Shown here in pieces: positions 19,780-27,302 of a DNA stretch of 64,000 nucleotides (its first letter is position 1; each line of letters opens with the position of its first letter). A program made the translations under genes and the position numbers. Source of the DNA: Candidatus Cryptobacteroides sp. (GTDB taxonomy: Bacteria; Bacteroidota; Bacteroidia; Bacteroidales; UBA932); assembly GCA_045646785.1 (NCBI GenBank), contig JAZRLI010000001.1, forward strand, positions 9,933 through 73,932, written 5' to 3'. The notes under the pieces were generated by a model. It was not told the DNA's origin. It saw only the letters and a program-made list of their open reading frames with translations, and ran no database searches.

Positions 19780-21354
19780 ATGAAAAATTCATTTAGAACA
19801 CTGGCCCTTGCGGTACTAGCCATCGCAGCCTGCCAGCAGAAAGAAACTCCTGAACTCCTTCCTGGAAAGCTTACGGTTGAGCCGATCATCACGAAGGCTA
19901 CTGAAGTCAATTTCGAGGATGGCGACAGAATAGGTCTGACAGTGATTGCGGATGGTTCTGCAGAATATTACGCTGACAATGAGTGTCTTGTTTTTGCTGA
20001 TGAGGTCTTCTCCGGCGACCTTGAATGGTATGCTGACATCTACACAAAGTCTGATCTTCATGCATATTACCCTTATACATCCGCAGGTGTTCCTGACTCG
20101 TATTTCACCTTCTACGACCAGACTGCGGGCATCGGAGAGGCCGATTTCATGGCGGCATCGAAGAAGGGCGTGCTCCCTACCGTGAATTCCGTTGCAATGG
20201 TATTCAAGCACATGATGACGAAGCTTGTAGTCAATGTCGAGAATCAGTCAGGAGCGGAAATCGTAAGCATAGGCATTGAAGGCACTCCAATGGCTACGGG
20301 AGTTGACCTCGTCAATATGACATTGACCGACTTTGAAGGGGTTCTTACTGAGACCCTTCCAGGACCGGTAATGGCTTATGAGGCAGTTGCAGGCAAGACA
20401 TGGCAGGCTATCGTGATTCCTCATTCCGAAGCCATGAGCATTGTCATCACCCTTTCGGACAAGACCGTCCTTACCCAGCCTCTTGCCGCAATGACCCTGA
20501 AGTCTGGCGGACAGTATACAATCAATGCGCGTGTCCTTCCCGGCAAGGTGGTGGTAAGCGCTTCAGGTGAGATCCAGAACTGGACGGACGAGGGCGAGAT
20601 CGGCTTTGAGGGAGGTTCGTCTTCGGAGGAGCTTCCAGTGGATTTCGAGGAGTTCGACGGATATTTCGTATATGATGGAGTAAGGTACAATACGGTGACT
20701 CTCGCTGACGGCAATACCTGGATGGCTCAGAACCTTCGTTTCATCCCACGTGGCCGTACGGTTTCGACTGATCCTGCAGAGGATGCGGGCATATGGTATC
20801 CTGCAGCAAATGAAAGCAAGACTTCAGATCCTGCCCTTGCAGAGTCTCTCGGACTTCTTTATGATGCCGCAACGGCGTTCGGCGTTACGGAAATCACGCT
20901 TGAGAACGCTTCGACCTTTGACGGTGTCCAGGGTATCTGTCCTGAAGGATGGCACATTCCTACGGTACAGGATTTCACAGGTCTTGTAGGTCATTGCCTC
21001 AATTCCGCATATGTGAATACTGACGGAGCATACTATGACCCTGCAATCAAGGGAGCGAGCCTTGCTGCTCTCGCTGAAGCAGGATGGGCATGACAGTTCG
21101 CAAGCATGAGAAACAAGACAAGTACTTCTGCAACAGGAAGTTTTACCGTGACATCCTATAACGACATTTTCGGAGTGATGTCATACATCATAGGTTCGAC
21201 CATGCATCAGACAACCACAAACGCAGACGGAAGTCTTAAGAATGTGCAGTACTATTACCTGATGCCTACATACAATGCTTCCAACGAAAAGGTGGCCGCG
21301 GCTTACGGAGGTTTCCTCAGCGGTTCGTCTGTCCGTTGCGTAAAGAATAAATAA
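19780..21354 (+). pseudogene. Fimbrillin (Mfa-like) lipoprotein with C-terminal FISUMP/CLec-like domain, interrupted by one in-frame TGA at 21091-21093
   Basis: Lipobox IAAC, AYYPY, FKHMMTKL, WMAQNL, GICPEGWHIPT; ORF 21106-21354 is in the same frame and ends GSSVRCVKNK. Confidence 0.8.
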
Positions 21355-21369
21355 AAAGGAGAATCAGAC

Positions 21370-22077
21370 ATGGATAAAGGAAAATTCTATAGCGGTCTTT
21401 TCATAATGGTGGGTCTCGTGGTACTCGGACTGATGATGCCGAGGGCTGTCGACAGATTCCGTTCATTTGACCGCATAGTCAATGTGAAGGGCCTCTGCGA
21501 AAAGGAGGTCAAGGCCGACAAGGTCATCTGGCCGGTAGTCTATAGGGTCATGGCGAATGATATTCAGACGGTTTATGACCAGACCGACAGAAACAATGCG
21601 GAAATCATCGCCTTCCTCAAGGCGGGCGGTATCAATGAGGCTGAGATTACGGTTTCTGTTCCGGAGATATCCGACAAATATGCCACTGAATACGGCAGCA
21701 ACGACAGGGCATACCGTTTCATCGCAAAGAATGTGATAACTGTCTGCACTTCGGATGTCGATGCCGTACTTGCCCTCATGTCAAGGCAGTCAGACCTGTT
21801 GAAGAAGGGTATGGTGATCGGAGGCAGCAACGAGTGGGAGAACCCTGTGGAGTTCAAGTATGAGGGGCTGAATGAGATCAAGCCGGAGATGATCGAGGAG
21901 GCTACACGCAACGCCCGCGAAGCTGCGGAGAAGTTCGCAAAGGACTCCGACAGCAAGCTCGGCAAGATCAAGACAGCCAACCAGGGAACATTTACGATAG
22001 AAAACCGTGACAGCAACACCCCATATATCAAGAAGGTGCGCGTGGTCACATCAGTAACGTATTATCTTAAAAACTAA
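21370..22077 (+). CDS. SIMPL (DUF541) domain protein
   Basis: VNVKGLCEKEVKAD, MIEEATRNAREAAEKFAKDS, KKVRVV. Confidence 0.88.
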   Translation: MDKGKFYSGLFIMVGLVVLGLMMPRAVDRFRSFDRIVNVKGLCEKEVKADKVIWPVVYRVMANDIQTVYDQTDRNNAEIIAFLKAGGINEAEITVSVPEISDKYATEYGSNDRAYRFIAKNVITVCTSDVDAVLALMSRQSDLLKKGMVIGGSNEWENPVEFKYEGLNEIKPEMIEEATRNAREAAEKFAKDSDSKLGKIKTANQGTFTIENRDSNTPYIKKVRVVTSVTYYLKN

Positions 22078-22082
22078 TAACC

Positions 22083-22613
22083 ATGAAAAGGATTTTGACA
22101 ATCATTTTTGCTTCGATGATGGTGCTTGCAGTTTCAGCACCGGTCGAGGCCCAGGACAAGAAGGCGGAGCGTCAGGCACGCAAGGCGGAAAAGAAGCGTG
22201 AGCGTGAGATAAAGGACTCGCTCATGAACGTGATGAGGATGGCAGAGAAAGATTCTGTCAATGTAGGTTACGGATACACCAAGAAGGAGGATCTCAATTC
22301 AGCGGTTACCCGCAAGAAGACGCATAGAACCATTGACAGCTTCAATGATATCGCAGACTATATCCAGGGAACCGTACCGGGTGTCATTGTTCAGAAAAGC
22401 GGTGGTACAGTAAGATATATAATCAGAGGTGTAAGTACCAATTCGGATTTTACCGATCCTCTTCTGATGATAGATGGTGTTGAGGTGGACAACTTCGACA
22501 GTGTGATTCCAAGCCAGGTTGAATCCGTTGAGGTGATCAAGGACGGTTCTGCGTCAATATATGGCATTCGTGGAGGTGGCGGAGTAATCATGCTCACATT
22601 GAAGAAGGAGTAG
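22083..22613 (+). CDS. Exported protein consisting of a TonB-receptor plug domain only
   Basis: Signal peptide; VGYG, VPGV, IRG, DPLLMIDG, VESVEVIKDGSASIYGIRGGGGVIML, then stop with no barrel. Confidence 0.82.
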   Translation: MKRILTIIFASMMVLAVSAPVEAQDKKAERQARKAEKKREREIKDSLMNVMRMAEKDSVNVGYGYTKKEDLNSAVTRKKTHRTIDSFNDIADYIQGTVPGVIVQKSGGTVRYIIRGVSTNSDFTDPLLMIDGVEVDNFDSVIPSQVESVEVIKDGSASIYGIRGGGGVIMLTLKKE

Positions 22614-22614
22614 G

Positions 22615-22851
22615 CTATCTGTCCTTGATGGTGATCCTGTCCTTAGGTACGAAATAATAGCGCACGATGTCCGTTGCTACCTTTGGGTTGTGGGCAATGA
22701 TCCTGTTGGCCTTCTTCAAGGCACGGCGGAGTCGGTGATGGCGATAATGGCGTTTCAGCCAGCCGTATCTGTGATTACGGTCACTCAAGAAACTTAGGTC
22801 GTGGACTTCCACGACCTTTTTTGATGTCCTGTAATCGTTGTTCTTCTGCAT
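22615..22851 (-). CDS. Small basic protein resembling a segment of the GT4 glycosyltransferase N-terminal domain
   Basis: VVEVHDLSF...ANRIIA...DIVRYYFVPKDRI; own -7 element TAAATTTG at 22871-22878 (-). Confidence 0.6.
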   Translation of the reverse strand: MQKNNDYRTSKKVVEVHDLSFLSDRNHRYGWLKRHYRHHRLRRALKKANRIIAHNPKVATDIVRYYFVPKDRITIKDR

Positions 22852-22919
22852 TTGCAAATCTGATTTTCGGCAAATTTAGCGAATAGTTCCGAATTTTGGA
22901 TTATCTTTGCACACGGATT

Positions 22920-23005
22920 GCCTTGGTGGTGGAATAGGTAGACACGCGGGACTTAAAATCCCGTGGCCAGCAATGGCCGTACGGGTTCGATTCCCGTCCG
23001 AGGCA
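22920..23005 (+). tRNA. tRNA-Leu (TAA), intact and intron-less
   Basis: GCCTTGG/CCGAGGC acceptor stem, CGGGA-CT TAA AA-TCCCG anticodon arm, long variable arm TGGCCA-GCAA-TGGCCG; promoter TATCTTTG 22902-22909. Confidence 0.97.
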
Positions 23006-23011
23006 CATCAG

Positions 23012-23039
23012 GAAGCTGACTTTTCGGTCAGCTTCTTTT
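23012..23039 (+). terminator. Intrinsic terminator of tRNA-Leu
   Basis: GAAGCTGAC-TTTTCG-GTCAGCTTC-TTTT; duplicated at 26026-26053. Confidence 0.85.
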
Positions 23040-23175
23040 GTTATGTCCCAATTGTCATGCACTAACATACAGTTACAGGGGTAAGGACAAACACAAATGA
23101 TTTGAACTGACTTGCTTATGAAAAGTAGTAAGATTATATTTGCGTATTATTACGAACGCATTTTACAGGATTATT

Positions 23176-25716
23176 ATGAAAAACATTAACACTCGGACAT
23201 TTTTATCCTTATTCTTTCTTTATCTTTTCCTGATTTCAGGCTGCAAAGGCATGAAGATGGACATAGAAGATTTGAAAGACCGCCTTGATGTCCTTGAAGG
23301 AACTACAATAACTTCAATCAACCAGCAGATTTCCGCTATCAGCACATCCATCTCTGACCTGAAGGATATGGATGAAGCTCTTGATTCCTATATCAGGACA
23401 TTAGAAGAGACAGCGACGAATCTGCAGAGACAGATTGACGAGTCCAATGCAGAGATTGCAAAGCTAGAGGCAGAGTTCGGAGAGGAAATCGATGCTCTTG
23501 AGCAGAACCTGCTGGATGAACTCAATGCGGCTAAAGAATCTATCCTGGCGGAGTTGACGGTGATAAACAAGACCCTCGGCGAACTTAAGGCGGCAGATGA
23601 GGCTCTTGATAAGAAAATATCAGACCTTCAGACCTATGTTGATGTTGAGCTCTCTTCAATAAAGGACTGGGCTAATACGACTTTCTCGACATTGGCTCAG
23701 TACGAGCTGGTACAGACTGAAATCTCTACCATCAAGGCGCTGATAGAACAGATAAATGCAGAAATGATAGCTCTGGAAACCCGCCTTGATGCCAAGATTG
23801 CGGCAGATATTCAGGCTGCGATTGACACACTCCGTTCAGAACTTTCAGACGATTATGTTGCAAGAATTGAAAGCGCAGTCAGTTCAATCACCCAGGCCTA
23901 TAGCACTGCAATTTCCTCCGCAAAGTCTGAGATAACCGCAGCATACACTGAAGCCATAGCGACTGCAATCAGAGAAAGCGAAGCCAACTTAAAGGACTGG
24001 GTCAACGAACAGCTTGTCAAAGGATATTACGATATCGCGACAATAGATGCCATACTTTATGCCCTTACTGTAAGATTGGATAATGCCGATTCGGATCTTC
24101 AGAAACAGATTTCAGACCAGCAGGCTGCTCTGGAAGCCTTGAAGAGCGAATTCACGAAGGCATATATGAGTGCAATAAAGGAGGCGATTGAGGAAAATAA
24201 CGGAGTTATATCTGCAGTCATTGCATCAGCCGTAAAGGAACTTGAGGATAATCTTCAGAAACAGATAGATGAGATTAATCTTCAGATAAGAACCATCGCC
24301 GATTCTCTTTCCGATCTTGAAGATGCGTTCGTCAATAGAATCCAGAGTCTTAGATTCATCCCCGAATTCAGTGACAGGAAAGTGAAGTTTTCCTATCAAT
24401 CCGGTGCTGTTCTGGATTTTATGGTAGCTCCGGAAAAGCAGGCTGCGGTACTTGCAGAAGCGTGGAATGCCGATAAGAATATTGTAAAGGCATACTTGAG
24501 ATATACCTCAGATCCTTCCACCCGCGCTGTTTGTGACCCGATTGAACTTGCGGTGGAGTCTGTGACTTCTAACGGCAAAGGGGATATCAGTGTGCTGATA
24601 AAAGAAAATCCAGACACACCTCTGAGTTCAGACTTTTGGAACGAAAACCAGGATGCAGTGGTTTATCTGCGCATCTCTGATGGTTCAAATGATGTCATTT
24701 CCGAACTGATTGACGTTGTAGGCTATACGTATCCGGCCGTGAATTTGTCCCAGAATGGCACTGCCAACAGCTATGTTGTGTCTGAAGTGGGAAAATATAA
24801 GTTTGCTGCAGTCAAGGGTAACGGTAGTGAATCAGCAGGATCCATTGCATCCGCAGAAGTAATCTGGGAGAGTTTTGGCACATTAGTGACTCCGTCAGTG
24901 GGTGATCTTGTGAAGTCTGTATCCTATAAGGACGGTGACATCACCTTCAATACTGCTGACTCCTTTAAAGAGGGTAATGCAGTCATTTCAGTCAAGGATG
25001 CTTCTGGCAACATCCTGTGGTCATGGCACATATGGTTTACAGATGAGCCTCAGGAGCAGCTTTATTATAACAATGCCGGTACTATGATGGACCGCAACCT
25101 TGGAGCGACATCCGCTGTCCCTGGTGAGGTGGGAGCCATTGGTCTTATATATCAGTGGGGACGTAAGGATCCTTTCTTAAACTCTCCAGGTTTTTCAACA
25201 CCGGCCAACTCCACTATCTTATGGCCGTCAACAGTGTCATCAGATTCCGACCACGGTACCATCGGCTACGTCACGGCAAACCCAACAACTTTCATTGCAT
25301 CTAATAGTATTAATAACGATTGGTATTACACTGGCGATTCTTCAACGGATGATACCCGTTGGACAACTTCTGAAACAACGAAGTCTATATATGATCCATG
25401 TCCTGTAGGTTGGCGTATCCCGGATGATGTCTGGTCAAGAGCTCTAGGTCTGTCAGGAGATTATTACCTATATGGCTCATTTGACAAAGCCAACAAAGGT
25501 ATGGACTTCTCAGCACAGCTCGGTGATGACACCGTCATCTGGTATCCTGCTACAGGCTTAAGACTCAATGGCCTTATATACGGTGTGGGTACTGTCGGTA
25601 CTTATTGGTCTGCCTCTTCTAGGAACAACATGTTTTATTTCAACAACGACAGTTCAGTCAGCCTGTCGAATGGCGATCGTTCAGAAGGTTGCTCAGTCCG
25701 TTGCGTCAAAGAATAA
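23176..25716 (+). CDS. Large surface lipoprotein: long coiled-coil stalk, fimbrial-tip-like domain and CLec/FISUMP-like C-terminus
   Basis: Lipobox LISGC; helical heptad region to about NRIQSLRFIP; TANSYVV, GNAVI, ILWSWHIW, MDRNLGA, YQWGRKDPF, DPCPVGWRIP, GCSVRCVKE; promoter TATATTTG 23135-23142. Confidence 0.85.
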   Translation: MKNINTRTFLSLFFLYLFLISGCKGMKMDIEDLKDRLDVLEGTTITSINQQISAISTSISDLKDMDEALDSYIRTLEETATNLQRQIDESNAEIAKLEAEFGEEIDALEQNLLDELNAAKESILAELTVINKTLGELKAADEALDKKISDLQTYVDVELSSIKDWANTTFSTLAQYELVQTEISTIKALIEQINAEMIALETRLDAKIAADIQAAIDTLRSELSDDYVARIESAVSSITQAYSTAISSAKSEITAAYTEAIATAIRESEANLKDWVNEQLVKGYYDIATIDAILYALTVRLDNADSDLQKQISDQQAALEALKSEFTKAYMSAIKEAIEENNGVISAVIASAVKELEDNLQKQIDEINLQIRTIADSLSDLEDAFVNRIQSLRFIPEFSDRKVKFSYQSGAVLDFMVAPEKQAAVLAEAWNADKNIVKAYLRYTSDPSTRAVCDPIELAVESVTSNGKGDISVLIKENPDTPLSSDFWNENQDAVVYLRISDGSNDVISELIDVVGYTYPAVNLSQNGTANSYVVSEVGKYKFAAVKGNGSESAGSIASAEVIWESFGTLVTPSVGDLVKSVSYKDGDITFNTADSFKEGNAVISVKDASGNILWSWHIWFTDEPQEQLYYNNAGTMMDRNLGATSAVPGEVGAIGLIYQWGRKDPFLNSPGFSTPANSTILWPSTVSSDSDHGTIGYVTANPTTFIASNSINNDWYYTGDSSTDDTRWTTSETTKSIYDPCPVGWRIPDDVWSRALGLSGDYYLYGSFDKANKGMDFSAQLGDDTVIWYPATGLRLNGLIYGVGTVGTYWSASSRNNMFYFNNDSSVSLSNGDRSEGCSVRCVKE

Positions 25717-25730
25717 GCGTACTGCATCAA

Positions 25731-25779
25731 TGTCCCACAAATCCGAGTGTCGCCACGCTGATGCGGACTTCTGGGGGCA
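25731..25779. repeat. Imperfect inverted repeat just downstream of the islet gene
   Basis: TGTCCCACAAATCCG ... CGGACTTCTGGGGGCA. Confidence 0.55.
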
Positions 25780-25780
25780 G

Positions 25781-25967
25781 AACTGACCGCAAGGCGGAAA
25801 AGCAGGCTTTGGCGACGGCTCACTAAATTCGACCTCCAGTCGATAAATGGCGTAGAGACTATACAGGGAGGGCCTAAACGCATAAGCGCATGGTCAAGAA
25901 ATAGTCCAGACTACAACGGCTTAGCATTCAGGATGAAGCCGGCTTGTGTAAAAGCAAGAGTAGCAAG
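25781..25967 (+). ncRNA. Group I intron (IC3-like), 3' part (P5 remnant to omega-G)
   Basis: GG-CGTA-GAGACTA (P7 5', 25855-25861), AAGAA-ATAGTCC (J8/7 and P7 3', 25896-25907), P8 GGCC/GGTC with CCTAA..ATGG receptor-like motif, P6a TCGAC/GTCGA, P9 CGGCTT/AAGCCG, P9.0 CTAC/GTAG, terminal G25967 abutting the tRNA 3' exon. Confidence 0.8.
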
Positions 25968-26018
25968 AAAATCCCGTGGCCAGCAATGGCCGTACGGGTT
26001 CGATTCCCGTCCGAGGCA
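25968..26018 (+). pseudogene. tRNA-Leu 3' exon duplicate (from AA of the anticodon to the discriminator)
   Basis: Identical to 22955-23005; no 5' tRNA half upstream. Confidence 0.9.
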
Positions 26019-26111
26019 CATCAAAGAAGCTGACTTTTCGGTCAGCTTCTTTTTTTGTGTGCGGCCATGTCTTTGTGATAAGATTCATTCAGAACTGTTA
26101 CATGCGTGTCC

Positions 26112-26247
26112 GGAGGAGGGAGGGTAAATACGGCTTGGTTCCGTCGGAACAAGTTCCGACTCCATCCCTCCCACGCCTTCGGCGCGGGCCCCTCCCGCTA
26201 ACGGGGCCGCGGGTGGCCACGCCATCCGTATTTACCCTCCCTCCTCC
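26112..26247. repeat. Palindromic repeat element, copy B (136 bp)
   Basis: Perfect 22-bp arms GGAGGAGGGAGGGTAAATACGG (26112-26133)/26226-26247 around the same core as copy A, plus hairpin GTCGGAAC-AA-GTTCCGAC. Confidence 0.85.
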
Positions 26248-26262
26248 TGCCATTCTTGCCAG

Positions 26263-26450
26263 GTTTCTCCACGAAACCTTTGATTTGGTGGACAAACGCG
26301 TGGTTTGACGAGAGCTTCTCCACGAAACCTTCAGTTTGGTGGACAAACATAGTGTCTTGTCATACTTTCTCCACAAAAACCCTTAAACGGTGGACAAACT
26401 CATGAACGGACAAGGGTTTCTCCACAAAATCCCTCATTTGGTGGAGAAAC
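26263..26450. repeat. Array of four 35-bp palindromic units with 16-bp unique spacers (51-bp period)
   Basis: Units start at 26263, 26314, 26365, 26416: TTCTCCAC(G/A)AAA...GGTGGA(C/G)AAAC. Confidence 0.9.
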
Positions 26451-26468
26451 AGAATGACCGGCAGGAGG

Positions 26469-27215
26469 TTAGGCTCTTCCGACGAAAGCCAAGGTGGCTA
26501 TGCTTATGCGGACTGAGGGGGAGAATACCGATCGCAGGGCGGAGTGGCAGGCGTAGAGGGTGCTGCCGGTAGTGAAGACATCGTCTACTATGAGGATGTG
26601 CCTGATGTTGGATGCGGCGGAGGACTCTGGGGATGCAATGAATGCTCCTGTCACATTGCCGACCTTCTCCTCAACTTCCATCTTGGTCTGGGTACGGGTA
26701 CGTCTGCGGCGTTTCAGCAGGTCGGTCCTGAGGGGTATGCCAATGGACTCCGCTACTCCGGATGCGATGACCTCGGCCTGGTTGTATCCTCTTTTCAGTC
26801 TTCGGGTCCAGTGCAGGGGAACAGGCACGACCATGTCAACATCGGCAAACTGTTCCGATGCGGCAAGGCGGCTGCCCAGCATCCTTCCGAAGAAGCGTCC
26901 GGCATCCGTGTTTCCATGGTATTTGATCTGATAGGGGATGAGCCTGTATTCGGCCTCACTGTGATAGAATATGAGGGAGGCGGCAAAAGCATACCGTTCG
27001 TGAGCCGACGGCCCTCCCTTCTGTATCATTTCATTGAACTTGTCCGCCATAGGATTATGGCTCATCGACCAGTAGAACGTCAGCGGCAGGTCCGCCAGAC
27101 AGTTCAGGCAAAGATGCCTTTCATTCAGCAGAAGCCTTTGCCCGCAGACAAGGCATATCCTGGGAAGCACGATCTCTCCCGCCGCACGCAATCCCCTCAA
27201 AACACTTCCTTTCAT
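26469..27215 (-). CDS. comF: ComF family protein (zinc ribbon + PRTase domain)
   Basis: CLVC/CLNC, VPVPLH, RGYNQA, LIVDDVFTTGST; TACCTTTG promoter immediately upstream. Confidence 0.9.
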   Translation of the reverse strand: MKGSVLRGLRAAGEIVLPRICLVCGQRLLLNERHLCLNCLADLPLTFYWSMSHNPMADKFNEMIQKGGPSAHERYAFAASLIFYHSEAEYRLIPYQIKYHGNTDAGRFFGRMLGSRLAASEQFADVDMVVPVPLHWTRRLKRGYNQAEVIASGVAESIGIPLRTDLLKRRRRTRTQTKMEVEEKVGNVTGAFIASPESSAASNIRHILIVDDVFTTGSTLYACHSALRSVFSPSVRISIATLAFVGRA

Positions 27216-27230
27216 GTCTCAAAGGTAAAT

Positions 27231-27262
27231 AAAAAAGTCCTGAAGATTCACATCTGCAGGAC
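27231..27262 (-). terminator. Intrinsic terminator of fabG
   Basis: Minus strand GTCCTGCAGAT-GTGA-ATCTTCAGGAC-TTTTTT. Confidence 0.7.
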
Positions 27263-27302
27263 CTCAAGTTTAGGTTTTTGTGGTTAAGAATCTATAAGAA
27301 AG

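Larger units (their letters stand above)
22955..26053. mobile_element. tRNA-Leu-anchored genomic islet (about 3.0 kb) bounded by about 85-bp direct repeats; no integrase
   Basis: 22955-23010 is identical to 25968-26023, and 23012-23039 to 26026-26053; the cargo looks more AT-rich than the flanks. Confidence 0.85.

Noticed and set aside
21091-21093. Selenocysteine or genome-wide TGA recoding
   Set aside because: No evident SECIS hairpin or redox motif; TGA is a normal stop elsewhere (17035-17037, 43323-43325).
14040-22919. Integrated island at tRNA-Gly
   Set aside because: No duplicated tRNA-Gly 3' end, no integrase, and composition looks host-like.
19780-25716. Complete diversity-generating retroelement
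   Set aside because: No reverse transcriptase or adenine-variant template repeat seen in the window.
25731-25821. Complete ribozyme core using TGTCCC as P3 and GAGTGTCGCCA/TGGCGACGGCTC as P4-P5
   Set aside because: The pairing is possible, but P3 would have only 4 bp and the register does not fit canonical P4/J4-5; not claimed without a covariance model.
22955-25967. One giant intact group I intron containing the 846-aa ORF
   Set aside because: The first tRNA copy is already complete and followed by a terminator, and no P1/IGS or P3/P4 5' strands are evident after 22954.
26263-26450. CRISPR array
   Set aside because: Spacers are only 16 bp, repeat interiors vary, and there is no leader or cas gene in the window; kept as an unexplained array.
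25933-26572. Short ORFs 25933-26127, 25976-26308, 26098-26376, 26390-26572
   Set aside because: Translations of the tRNA duplicate, palindrome and array with no protein-like signal.
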